64,000 nt of DNA from NCBI GenBank assembly GCA_028534125.1, contig CM052816.1, positions 3,226,001 to 3,290,000 on the forward strand, in the 5' to 3' direction. This DNA comes from Lama glama. Its lineage: Eukaryota. Position numbers and translations under genes: made by a program. The notes under the pieces are model-generated. The model did no database searches and had not been told where the DNA came from. It worked only from the letters and a program-made list of their open reading frames with translations. Positions 23,186 to 36,450 of this stretch are shown here, piece by piece (position 1 is the stretch's first letter; every line of letters begins with the position of its first letter).

Positions 23186-24354
23186 GAAAAGGCAAGTTAC
23201 AGGTCTAGGTCGCATTACAGATTCAAGTTCACAGGACTTTTACCCCTACCACCTAGGCCTGCCCCTAACTTTGGAGGGATGTGGCACCAGAGTTCACGTG
23301 GAGGTGAGTACTTCCAAGACCAGCATGAATTGGAACACGGAAGAGCCAGAAACCAGAGACTGGCCTTCCTGGGGACTGACACCTCATTATAGAAAAATGT
23401 GTATGTCCATTCCCCTGACAGGGAGGACCTGACAAGAGAGTCTGTCTTTTCTCTAGCGGAGCATCTCTGCTGCTCAGATTCTACTTGTGCTGAGAAACAG
23501 TATCCATCTCTGGGGCTGGCCAGGTACAACCCTCAAACTCTCACTGCATTCAGACTCCTTCGCTTTTTTGTTCCAAGGACATAGGACAAGAGAGCTGGAG
23601 TGTTTCCCTCTGGCCTGGGCTTTTTAAGTCACAAGAGAGGATGCAAACAAGGTTATAGTTGCCTTGTGCCAGAGGTCAGCCCAGATCTTAGGAGACAGAT
23701 GCACATGTGTTCTTCAGTTCAGTCACTGTGTAAGTGTTTGTCATTTGTGGAGCTGCTAAATTTCAGGGTATGGGGCAAGGGTCCCCGTGCCCAGGTTAAA
23801 TGCAGTACTGAGTTCACCCTGAGCTTTGAGAAAGAGTTAGGTGGATTTCATGTTTTAGGGCAGTGGGCTGAGGCGGAGGGCGCTGGGATCCAGTGGAGGG
23901 CTTTCCACGCCCTCTCTGGGCCTCAGGGTCCCCATTTGTCCTAGGAGGGGGTGGAGCCTCCCCAGGGCTGGCCTGGAGCATCCCGGGAGTACAGACATAA
24001 AGGGCCCTATTGAACTGCTGACTCCTGGGCTGCTGTCCTGACAAAGCCCTTTTCTCCCGGAGCCACAATAGCCCTGTCAGGTAGGTAGCAGGGCCTGCAG
24101 CATTGTCTCCCCAGAAAAGAACAGCCTTCACTGTCTGTCCCAGGCTGTCTCCCAGGGGAGGGCGGGTGGCTTTGGAAGAGTCTGACCAGCCAGGGACAGA
24201 TGGGCTCTGTCCTTAGCCAGCCAGGGACGGGTGAGCCAGCCACATCCCATGTAGCCACTTATTTAGAGATGGGCAGGAAAATAAATTTACCAGAACCCAA
24301 ATTCCTAAAAACTTGGCTTTTTAAGTGCATGTGCAAATGTTTTATGTTACAGAG

Positions 24355-24826
24355 CTGCACTGTCCAATATGGTAGCCACCAGCTCCATGAGAATTTGGAA
24401 AGTGGCTAATCTGAACTGTGCTATACGTGTAAAACAGGCACTGTTAACATGTTGGGCCAGATCTGGGCTGTGAGGGGCTGTGCTGTGCACCGTAGGATGT
24501 GTAGCAACATCTCTGGTCTCTGCCCGCCATCCCCCACCCCTCTAGGTTGTGACAACCCAAAACATCCCAGACAATTGCCAAAATCACCCTAGGTTGAGAA
24601 CCTCCCAGGTCTCAAAGACTTAGAAGAAAAGTGTAAAAGATCTCATTAATAACATTTTAGTATTGATTACATGTTGAAATGATCCTTTCTTGGATACATT
24701 GGGTTAAGTAAAATATATTATTAAAATTAATTTTCTCTATTTCTTTTTACTTTTTATAAAGTTTGGTTACTACACAATTTAAAATTACATATGTGGTTCA
24801 CATCCTATTTCTATTAGACAGTGCTG
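24355..24826. mobile_element. hAT-Charlie MITE (MER33/MER3-like) with nested MER20
   Basis: Terminal inverted repeats ctgcactgtccaata ... tattagacagtgctg. Confidence 0.75.
24435..24603 (-). mobile_element. MER20 (hAT) nested in the MER33/MER3-like element
   Basis: gtaggatgtgtagcaacatctctggtctct..gttgtgacaacccaaaacatcccagacaattgccaaaatcaccctaggttgagaacc. Confidence 0.8.
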
Positions 24827-27402
24827 CTGTAGAGGAAGAGACTGATGGCCAGAGAGGGAGGATGACCAGCGGCAGGTCACAGAGCAACAGAGAGGCACAG
24901 TCCTAACTCGAGTCAGGTTTCCAGACTGGCACCCCAGACCACCGCTACTACTCCGACACAGCTCCAGGCTGAAAGGAAATACAAAACTCAACACGCTGGG
25001 TGTTCCCAGCGTGGCATGGCCAAAGAGCACTGGAGGAGAAATGGAGAGTCACATGAGTAACGTGAAAGCTATTCATAGAGGGCTTGCTGTTTGTTATACG
25101 CATGCTCCCTATTTGAATCTTTGCAACGGCCCTGGGAAGCAGGTTTTATTACTACCTCCATTTTTCAGATGAAAGAACTGAAGTCCAGTGAAGACACTCA
25201 GCCTGTGATGTGAGATGCCAAGAATCAAAAGCGGACACTCTTTTCAATACTACAAAGACTGCTTATGGTCCCAGGCCTAGTGACAGGCCATGGGACTTGG
25301 GTGGCCACTTCTCCCGCCAGCATCCTACACCGGGTAAAGGGGCTGGGAAAGACGGAGCCTGTGGCTCTTTCTAGTCCTGCCGAGCTGGTCTTGTGGGCAG
25401 GGTGGGGAAGGACAGAAGGCTGTCACCTCCTTCAGGCTGACCTGGAATCATGGGAATCTCAATGGTCAGCATGCAGAGACTGGCCCACTCTTCCTCTCCA
25501 GGTGGGTCCCCAGCATGGCTGCTGTCCTCATAAAGAGCTTTATTGTCATCAGAAATAATGCTGTGAATGGACACAGGTGCACTCAGACTGGCTTTAAGAA
25601 GAGACCGTGCCCAGAGATGGGGTCCACATGCAACTGGCAGTGTAATGATTAACACCAAGTCCTTCCTCTGTGTGCTAAGCGAAGTCACAGAATTGGCTCA
25701 GATGGTCATTACAATCCCTTACTCTGGGTACCATTTTAAGTCCCATTTTATAGATGAAGAAACTGAGGCTCAGAGAGGTAAGTGACTTTCCCAAGGTCAC
25801 ACACTGTGGTAGGGACAACTTCAAGCTGGGCTTCTGTATCCCCAGAGCAGCTCTCTTAAGCCAGGCACTGGTTTGAAGAGGCCAAAGCCTTCCTCCCAGA
25901 CCGCTTCCTGGTCCTCCTCTGAATGGCGTAACTGGGAAGACTGGGTCCATCCAGAAACTACACTGGGTGGCCATATAACCTTCTCACCAGCTCTCCTTCA
26001 GTGTCAGAGCTGGAAGGACTCAATTAATCCACCCCTTGAGTTGGCAGATGGGGAAACTGAGGCACAGAAAGGGGCAAAGTCACGCCCAAAATCACTCTGC
26101 TAATTTGTGGCAGAATCAGTACTTCACTCAAAGTCACCAGAATCCCGATCCAGTACTTTTATGTTCTACTATGCTCTTTCTGGGTAGAAAGGACTGATCT
26201 TAGCACAAATAATAAGAGGTCTTACTTTTTTGTCATGTTTTAAGGCTGAGCCAGTGCACCAAGAATTTCACACAATTATCCCATTTACTCCTCACAGTAA
26301 GCCTATGAGTTCGGTCCTGCTATGATTCCTATATTAGAGATGAGGAAACTGAGGCTCAGGAAGGTTAAGTAACTAGTCTGCAGTTAAATAGTGGGGCCAT
26401 GGTGAAACCCAGCAGCCTGATTTTAGAGTCTTTTCTCAACCACTTTTCTCAGGCTGATCCCACCATGTTTACGGGATCCCCCAACAGAACACCTGCCTAC
26501 AGGTAGGAGGAGTTTCACGTTACAACCAAGGGCAGGGCTCAGTCCGAGGAATGTATGTGGCAGGGCAGCATTGCCTGGCCTTGCTGCGGGTGTGCAGAGA
26601 GCGTAATGCACTTTCTGTATGGAAACGAACTTCAGATCTGATCGGAAACCAGCTGGAGTTATAATAATAATACTGATATGAACTATTCCCGCTGCATGAC
26701 TTCCGTGCGGCAGATTCTTTGCCTGTAGTATCCTCTAATCCTTACAGCAATCTCACCAGGTACATGAAGTTATCCCAGCTTTACAGCTGATGACAGTGAG
26801 ACTCTGAGGGGTCTGGTGACTTGCTCAAGGTCACGCAGACAAGGAGTGGCTAAGCTGGGATTCGAGCAGGTCCTCGAAGCATGGACTGTAGTTTCATCCT
26901 CGTACCCCACCTCTCGCTGTCTAAGTCACTGGGCAGGTCAGCAGCCTGAGGGTGGGGGCCGGGGGACTGCGGTGATGCTCGTGGCCTGTGCATGTTTGGA
27001 TCTGCAGCAACCGGTATGTGGGCACAAGGAGAGTAGGGGCACAGGGAGCGTCGTGGCCAGAGGGAAGACTGGTCCAAAAGTGGGAGGCGTCAACTTAAAA
27101 ATGAAGGACAAACTTAGGATCTGTTTTCCCTTTTGGGTTTAAAAAAATAAACCCAAGTTAGACTCTGATGTCTGAGAGGCTGATATTAACAAACTCAGGC
27201 CATGTGAGTTCTAGTCCCCATTCTGCCACTAACATGCTGGGACCTGAAGCAGGTCATTCCCATCTGGGTCTCAGTTTCCTCTATATGTGCGACAAAAAGA
27301 AAGGACTAGATCAGTGGTTCTTAAAAGTTTTTTTGTTTTTCTTTTTTGTGTTTTGTTTTGGTTTTTTTTTTGGTGGGATGGGTGTAGGTATCAAAACCTT
27401 TT

Positions 27403-28363
27403 GCACTGACAAGGGCTTAATTTCCAGAATATACAAACAGCTCATACAACTTAATAACAAAAAATCAAACAACCCAATCCAAAAATGGGTAGAAGACCTA
27501 AGCAAGCAATTCTCCAATGAAGACATACCAATGGCCAATAGGCACATGAAAGAATGCTCAGTATCACTCATTATCAGAGAAATGCAAATCAAAGCTACAA
27601 TGAGGTATCACCTCACACCAGTCAGAATGGCCATCATTCAAAAGTCCACAAATGACAAATGCTGGAGAGGCTGTGGAGAAAAGGGAACCCTCCTACACTG
27701 CTGATGTGAATGCAGTTTGGTGCAGCCACTGTGGAAAACAGTATGGAGATTCCTCAAAAGACTAGGAATAGACTTACCATATGACCCAGGAATCCCACTC
27801 CTGGGCATATATCCAGAAGGAGTCCTACTTCGAAAAGACACCTGCACTCCAGTTTTCATTGCAGCACTATTTACAATAGCCAAGACATGGAAACAGCCTA
27901 ACTGTCCATCAACAGATGACTGGATAAAGAAGAGGTGGTATATTTATTTATACAATGGAATACTATTCAGCCATAAAAAATAAAATAATGCCATTTGCAG
28001 CAACATGGATGTACCTGGAGATTGTCATTCTAAGTGAAATAAGCCAGAAAGAGAAAGAAAAATACCATATGATATTACTCATATGTGGAGTCTAAAAAAA
28101 TTAAATTAAAAAAGACACAAATGAACTTATTTATAAAACAGAAACAGACTCACAGACAGAAAACAAACTTATAGTTACGAAGGGGAAAGCAGGTGGAAAG
28201 GGATAAATTGAGAGTTTGAGATTTGCAGATACTAACTACTATACATAAAATAGATAAACAAAAAGTTTTTTCTGTATAGCACAGGGAACTATATTCAATA
28301 TCTTATATGAAAAAGAATATGAAAATGAATATATATCTGTATGTATATGTGTGACTGAAACAT
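27403..28363 (+). mobile_element. Young L1 3' fragment cut off by the gap
   Basis: [47 protein letters not shown] and [26 protein letters not shown], followed by 3' UTR. Confidence 0.95.
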
Positions 28364-28863
28364 NNNNNNNNNNNNNNNNNNNNNNNNNNNNNNNNNNNNN
28401 NNNNNNNNNNNNNNNNNNNNNNNNNNNNNNNNNNNNNNNNNNNNNNNNNNNNNNNNNNNNNNNNNNNNNNNNNNNNNNNNNNNNNNNNNNNNNNNNNNNN
28501 NNNNNNNNNNNNNNNNNNNNNNNNNNNNNNNNNNNNNNNNNNNNNNNNNNNNNNNNNNNNNNNNNNNNNNNNNNNNNNNNNNNNNNNNNNNNNNNNNNNN
28601 NNNNNNNNNNNNNNNNNNNNNNNNNNNNNNNNNNNNNNNNNNNNNNNNNNNNNNNNNNNNNNNNNNNNNNNNNNNNNNNNNNNNNNNNNNNNNNNNNNNN
28701 NNNNNNNNNNNNNNNNNNNNNNNNNNNNNNNNNNNNNNNNNNNNNNNNNNNNNNNNNNNNNNNNNNNNNNNNNNNNNNNNNNNNNNNNNNNNNNNNNNNN
28801 NNNNNNNNNNNNNNNNNNNNNNNNNNNNNNNNNNNNNNNNNNNNNNNNNNNNNNNNNNNNNNN
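28364..28863. other. Assembly gap (exactly 500 N)
   Basis: N run that starts inside an L1 3' UTR; the CYFIP2 terminal exons are not found on either side. Confidence 0.99.
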
Positions 28864-31800
28864 TGCCCCCAGAAACAGGGCTGCCTCCACTGAATTAATC
28901 CACGCAGGGAACTAAGTCAGGAAACACCAATGCTGGAGCCTGATAGGGATGTGGTCCAGAGGGGTGGTGTCATGACAACCATAAACGGATCAGCAGTCTA
29001 GGACGAAAAATATGAATTGGGGAAGAAGAGTTTGATGTGTGCTTTGGAGAGGGAACCCTGATTCTGGAGACTCAACTTGATTCTGGTGGCAGAGAAAGAC
29101 GGCTCCAGAGCAGAGAAGCTGCCACAGTTAGCTAGAAATTACCTCTGACCCAGTGCCTGATTCTGCTCTCACCAGGCACCGTTCTGTGGTGGTGTCTGGA
29201 CCCCGACAGGGCTCTCCACTGCAGAAGGCGTGCCTGGTCCAGCAAAGACGCTCAGTAAATAAAGAACCCACGTTTCTTCTTGGGCCATGAATATTCTCCT
29301 TCATAAACCAATATAGATAGAGAGTTCTGGTTTACTGGTTAATCTCCTGTGCATTTAGTCTGAATCAGCCCACAGAGCATGACAATTGTGGGAGGATCTA
29401 AAGAGTTAGCAAGCGGGTTTAAAAATCTGCAATCAGACTCTAAACTCCAGTGACCCCCCAAACTACAGCCAACGAAAGGCCCCTGACTGAAATGGTTAGG
29501 GGTTTTTGACCCTCTCCTGGAAAAGTGTTTACCTTTATGAGTTTTCCAACAAACTATAAAAGTAAAATTTGGGAAAAAAAAATCGTAAAAATGTTACAAG
29601 AAAATAAAAATCTCCTATAAATTCCATTACCCAGAAGTGAGCTTTCTTAAAACACTGGTGCATGATTTGTTTGTGCTTATGTATGTGAGTGTGTGTTTGT
29701 ACCTATTTTAACAAAATTTGGGTCATACTATCTATTATATTGTCTTTTTCTCTTAAGATACTAGTACTATTAAAAAAGCCACTTCCTTCAGTATCTTCAG
29801 TAACATGGTATTTTAATGGCTATGAAAATGGCGGTTGATATGATGTTATTCTTTTAATCCTCTACTTTTGTTGGTTATTTTATATTGTTCACAAGTTTTC
29901 ATCATTATAGACAATTCTTAAGCAATTATCTTACATATTACACGTTCCGAGTTCATCTCTGGTTATTTTCTTAGGATAAAATCCTAGAAATAGAACTATT
30001 CAAAGGGTATAAATAGTTTTAAAAGGCTTTTGCTACATACACAGTGGCAGACTAAGTCCCAGGAAAGCTTGAGCTACTGCATACCCATCTTTTATGCTCT
30101 TTCTTATTTCATGAATCACTGGCAGAACACTTTTTATGTTTGTTTTGTGTGTGTTGGCATTTATATTTTTTATATTGTGAGTTTTCTTCTGTGTCCTTTT
30201 TTCTTTCGATATGACTTTCTTTTTGCTCTGAAAAAGTGCATCAAAGATCATTGCATATACCCCCACTCTGTGGCATGGTGCTATATACACATGGTGTGTG
30301 TTTAACATACATTTAATCCATTCCTTTCCTAGTCCACTCAGTGGGGGATTTTTTTTTCCCCTGTCTCTTTCTGCCATTCTTTTCTGAGTTAACCAGGGTA
30401 TAGAAAAAGCATCTGTGAAACCATGTGGACAGAGATTTCTGCATGGAGTACTCTGATTATATTTAGCATACTTTGGAGAAGAATGGTATCTCCACACTCG
30501 TTCTTCATATAATCTTTGCTTTTTTGAATTTTTAAAACTCATTTGTGTATCATTAACAATCATGAAAGGCAGCTCAGCCAAGGAAGCAAAACAGCTATTT
30601 GCCCATTTTATAGACGGGAAAACAAAGGCCGGAGCATTTAATGTCTAGCACTAGATTATGTAATCACTAAGGGTAAAGCTGGGAAAAGGAGCCCTGTGAC
30701 TCCCTGACAGAACATTCTCTCCATGAAAGCACTGGGCAACAAATCAGGTCACCCCAATTTGTCCCAGAAACAATGCCAGCAGTGCAATACAGTTAAACCC
30801 ACCCAACTTTCAGTATGCAGCAGAATTTCCCTGTCACTGACCTAGATGTTACGTGAGTTCCCTGAACCCCAGCTAGCTTGGAAGTTAACAATTTGATAAT
30901 TTATCTTTGCTCTACAGGAGGACTAAGTTTCGGACTATTCCTTGAGGGCTGGGAGACTTACAAACCTGGCATTTCCTTTCCGGCAGAACGTCTAGGCTTT
31001 CGTTTGTTAAATATCAACATCTCACAAACTGAGATTTCTGTCAGTCCCAAGAAGATGGTGTTCACCAGAACAGGGAAGGAATTCACAGACTTCTAAGTGG
31101 AAACACATGCCAAACCCTGGGTGCGAGAGGCCAGATTCTTGTAGGATGACACCAACAGCGGAGCAGACACATTTATATGTCGCTGGCTTGGGGGATTTCT
31201 CCCTAAAAAGGCAATCTTTAGAGGACCTCCTGGGTTCAGCCCCCGAAGGCCAGAACAGAACTGTGCATATTCCACAGCACCCAAATTCTCTCTGCGGTGA
31301 CTGAAGAACCCAAATGCTGCTAAACACTTAGTCACTGGTCTCAGTAGGAGGTGGGTGGCCCACAGGGGGTCCGGCAGGGGCTGCTCACCAGCCTGACACC
31401 CGGGTAGCCGGGGCTCTGCAGCACGCCCCAGCGCCGGCCATGGTTTCTGAGAGAGGAGGCTGCCTTCTGCCCTCTGCAGAGGACACCAATCTCTTTGACT
31501 CATAAGCTTCTGAGCTAACAGGAGAGAGGGCCTTAGGGTTGCAAGCCCAAGAGAGGATTCGGAATCCTAAACCTTTTAAACAGTCAGCTCTGGCAAACAA
31601 AACAAGCCACCCCGGCTGGTCTCACTACTGTGCCCTGTTTCTCTTCTTCCTGAATTACTCCCCTGACCACACCACCCCCAAATGTGCCGTTTGCTTGAAT
31701 CAACTCGAAGGGAGACAGCACATGCTTTTTTTCTATTGAGTCAGCCCTCTACTGATTGACATTTAGGTTGTTTCCAGTTTTTGCTTTAACAAACAAGGCT

Positions 31801-32053
31801 ATGGCAAACATCTTGTATTCCTGTAAATATATTTTTTTAGCAAAGATACCCACAGGTGAACTGCTGGCTCACAGGATGTGTGGTTTTAACTCAGAGAGAT
31901 AACTTAGCAGAATTCTTGACACCTAACAGGAGATAATAGAGACTTGCTGCCTTCCTCCTTCCTTGGCAGGACAGATGATACAGAGTGCAGGCCTGAGAGT
32001 CAGCAAACCTCATTCCAGACCCGCCCCTACTACTAACAGGCTGCACGGTGTTA

Positions 32054-32347
<294 letters not shown>

Positions 32348-32721
32348 TTACTTATACTCCAGCACTTGAATGGAGCATGGAGAACGGTTCTCCTTCTGGC
32401 AAGTGTGATCAGGACTTACTACAAGAAAAAATGTTTTATCTTTGTCCAACAATGGAATCACCTACCTCGTGGGGTGGTGAGTTTCTCATCATTTGAAGGA
32501 TTTAGACCGAACTACACAGCAACATAATAGGGATGATCTAGAAGGACCAAGGAAACAAGCCTGGAGCATCATTTCCAACTCTACCATTCTATGACTATTC
32601 AACGGCTGCCTAAAGCCGTAACCAGCTCTCTTTCTGACTGCAGATCTGCGTTTATTGGGGTTAAGTGAGCATGAGGTTCAAATTCAAGCTGGCTCTTCAG
32701 CAGCTGCCAATGGTTTCTTAC

Positions 32722-32794
32722 CTTTGATGTAGACTCTAGGCAAGATGTTCTGGAAGGGTGCAGCGTGGAGCAAATCACAGACTTCCTCCTGAGA
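32722..32794 (-). CDS. CYFIP2: CYFIP2 late coding exon
   Basis: tttgcag|, 73 bp, [25 protein letters not shown], |gtaaga. Confidence 0.96.
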
Positions 32795-32869
32795 CTGCAA
32801 ACAGAGAGAGAGGGAAAGAAAGAAAAAACCATTTTATTTTCAACAAGGATTTTCATTACAAAAAAACTT

Positions 32870-33090
32870 GAGCACTGCAGTCAGCCAGACCTAGGTTCAA
32901 ATCCTGGCTCTTTGACTTACTAGCTGTGGGATCTTAAGCAAATTGCATAACCCCTCTGAGTCTATTTATTTTTCTGCAAAATGGGGATAAGAACAGTTCC
33001 TATTTTCCTGGGTTGCTCTGAGGATTAAGTGAGAGAATATACAGCTTCATAGCATGGTTCCTGCACATAATGAGTGTGCAACATATTTCA
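32870..33090 (+). mobile_element. MIR
   Basis: agtcagccagacctaggttcaaatcctggctct..ctgcaaaatggggataagaacag..gaggattaagtgag. Confidence 0.75.
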
Positions 33091-33959
33091 TTAACATTTC
33101 ATAAGGAATTTGTTGAAGAATTCAAAGTGGCAGTGGGATCACATAGAGACAATGGACCCAGACCATGTCTGGTTGGTTGTGAGGCCTATGGACTCAAAGC
33201 AAGTGGCTGGGCCAAGCTCCCAATCCACTAACGTGGGATGACTCGGTATAAAGACCTGTGTCTGGCTGGTGTTCTCCATACCAGACTCCAACTAGTGGGA
33301 GAAGGGGAACTAGGTCCCAGACAGATAGGTTTTGATGGGGACTTGTCACGCATAAAAGTAAGCTTAGCAGCAAACATACACTAACTACAAAGGCTGGAGG
33401 AGAAAGTCTGGGGGAGGACAGTCTTGGAAGATACGGTCTGATGGGCTTCCTGTCCCAGGACCAGCTTATGATCGTTGCATTTCAGAGCAAAGGGTGGGGA
33501 GGGGAACCTAGATGAGCCACTCTCCATGGGGCTCGGTTTTTCTTCTTTAAACTATGGGGATTTAGATGAGATAAGATACAGGCTTCATTCAACTCCAACA
33601 CTCTTGGCATCTAAGCACCTGCGAAAATCAGGACTGTGCGTGCCGCTGGCTTTCTTTACCAGGCAGGGGTGGAACATGGCTGTGGAAATCTGGCAGGCCA
33701 GCTGCTCAAGAAAGAAACCTCCAAACTCCCTTCAGTCCTTGAAGTGAGGATAACAGAGGGAGGACAAGTGAACTCTGCAGAGGGACCTGCCTGATCTAAA
33801 TAAGCATAATTCTCAGTTTCTCAGCCGAAGGGAAAATTTCCCCACTTTCTTAATTAATCAGTTTCTCCCCAAACCAGTGAATCAAGTAACCTGGTCGTCA
33901 TTGCTATGTCTAAGCTTAGATCCTTCGATTCATCATGTAATCTGAAAAATTGGCTATTG

Positions 33960-34860
33960 ATTATTCAGGCTATACTTAAATTCATTAATACAGTGAATTA
34001 TACTGATTGGTTTTTGAATGATGAACCAGCCTTGCATTCCTGGGATAAGCGTCACTTGGCTGTGACGCATTATCCGTTTTATGTATTGTTGGGTTTTATG
34101 TGCTGATGTTCTGGTGAGGATTTTTACTCTATATTCATTAGGGACATTGATTTGCAGTTTTCTTTTCAAATATCTTTGGTGTTGGCATTAGGGTAATGAT
34201 GACTTTGTAAGGTAAGTTGGGAAAAGTTCCCCCTCATTTCGGTTTTCTGGAAGAGATTGTGCAGAATTCGTATTATTTCTTCCTTAAATGTTTGGTAGAA
34301 TTCATAAGTGAAACCATCTGCATCTTGAATTTTCTTTGTTGGTAGTCTTTTTTTTTTTTCTTTCCGAAATAAGTATACAATTTCTTTAGCAGACAGAGGA
34401 CTATTCAGGTTATTGATTTATTTTCTTGAGTGAGTTTTGGGGGTTTTCATGTCTCAAGGACCTGGTTCCTTTCATCTAAGTTTAATTTTGGGGGCACAGA
34501 GTTGTTTGTAGCATGCCTTTATTACCTTTTTGATGTCTGTGAGATCTAAAGCAATTTCCCCATTTTATTCCCGATATTGGTCATTTGTGTCTTCTCTTTT
34601 TTCCTTGGTCAGTCTGGCTAGAGGTTTATCAATTTACTATTATTATTTTTCTTTGAAGAATCAGCCTTTAGTTTCACTGATATTTCCCTATAGGTTTTCT
34701 GCTTTCTTGATTACAGAATTCTGTTCTTATCTTTATTATGTCCATCCTTCTGCTTGCTTTGGGTTTAATTTGCTTTTCTTTCTCCAGTTTCTTACGGTGG
34801 AAGCCCAGATTAGTGACTGAACACCTTACTCTTTTTGAACATAGCATTCAGGCTATTCTT
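33960..34860 (-). mobile_element. Old L1 ORF2 fragment (RT N-terminal region)
   Basis: Minus-strand ORF KILTRTSAHKTQQYIKRIMRHSQVTLIPGMQGWFIIQKPISIIHCIN, a degenerate L1 RT motif. Confidence 0.85.
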
Positions 34861-35299
34861 TGATATCTCCAGGAATCAAGAGCTCAGTACCCCCGGAGGC
34901 AGCCCAACCCATTTCTGAACAACTCTAATGGTTAGAAAGTTTGATTTTGTATTAAGCCAAGGCTGCTGCCCGGTCGTTTCCATTCAGGATCCTTGTTCTG
35001 CTCTCTGGGGGCATCACTGAATGTGTTTTTCTAGCCACTATCTCCAAGCCATCATTCCCATTTCTCTCCTCGTTTCAGGTCTGAGCACCTTACAAGAGCT
35101 TTCTACCATTCCCTCTCTCTCTACTTCCCAGTCTTTACTTCCCTCCACAGCAAACAGAAACATCATGCCTAGCTACATCACACCTCGGCAACGGCCCTGG
35201 CAAAGGTTGCCGAGGGCTGCCCTGTTACCAGGTTCAATGGATACCATTCAGGCATATCACGGCATCACTAACGTATAAGGTACTGTCCTCCCTCAGCTC

Positions 35300-36450
35300 C
35301 TATGACAGTGAGTTCTGCTGGTTTCCATCACTTTGGTTTCTCCTTTTTAGACTCTCCTGCAGGTCTGACTTCTAACCATCCTTTAAGTGTTGGTTTTCTC
35401 CAAGGTCCCACCTTGTTTCCTTTTTCTCCTCACTGTGTTCTACCTGGTTTGTCTCACCTACTCCCATGGCCACAAGCACTGCCTTTGATTCATCAACTCT
35501 GCATTCCCAGCCAGAACTTCTCTTTCAAGCTCTAGATCTGGATATCCAACTCCTTGCTGGATATTCCCACTTGGATATTCCACAGCTCAAACATTTCTAA
35601 AGCTGACTTTCCACTCCCCTTCTCATCTGAGGATCCTTTCTCCCAGAATGGCATAATCATCTCCTCATCTGCCCAAGCCTAAAGCCTGGGACTCATTTCC
35701 TCTCTCTTCTTCACATCCCATGACCAGTACGTCGTCATGTCTGATTCTCTCCACATTTCTCCACATTAACCGTAATGCTATGAGCTCCTTCAGGGCAGGG
35801 AGGCTGCCTCTAATCTCCAGGGCCTAGGTCATAATAGTCTCTCAATAATTATTTATCCACGCATGAATACTTGTTATGCCATGTTTCTTAGATGAATAAA
35901 TGAATTCATTTATCCACATGACTATCTTCCCAATGAGAATACTATTATATCCATTCATTCATCCAACAAATATTTATCAAGTACCAGGCACCGTGCTTTG
36001 GATTTGCAGATATGATGTTGAACAAGTCAGACTAGATTTTTGCACTCATGTAATTTACATTCTAGTTGGTATGGAGAGAGAAAACCAAATAAACAAATCA
36101 GAAAATTTCAGATAGTGATTAAGACACAATACGGTACTAGGCTAGAGAGTGACTGGGAGTGGGGAAGGGATTGCTTGAGAGAGGGTAGTTAGGGAAAATC
36201 TTTTTGAGGGGGACATATTTAAGTAGAGAATGGAATAAAGTGAAGGAGCCAGCCGTGCAGCTATGAGGTAAGAGCACGCCAGTGCAAAGGCCCTGGGGCA
36301 GAGAGTAAACTGCAGTATAGTGACGCAGGGAATCATAGTACAGTCCGAGGCCCTAGTGGCTGGGAGGGATCAGATCATGTGAGGCTCACAGACATGGTAT
36401 GAAGCCTGGATTTTATTTTAAGCGCAATGAGGAATTACTGAAGTATTCCA
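35300..36450. mobile_element. Two L2 fragments tail-to-tail (+ ~35300-35870, - ~35950-36450)
   Basis: L2 motifs (ccagaacttctctttcaagctctaga..tatccaact; cattcattcatccaacaaatatttatcaagtaccaggcacc). Confidence 0.65.

Noticed and set aside
30033..30581. 182-aa minus-strand ORF
   Set aside because: AT-rich degenerate old-repeat/low-complexity DNA, not the missing CYFIP2 exons
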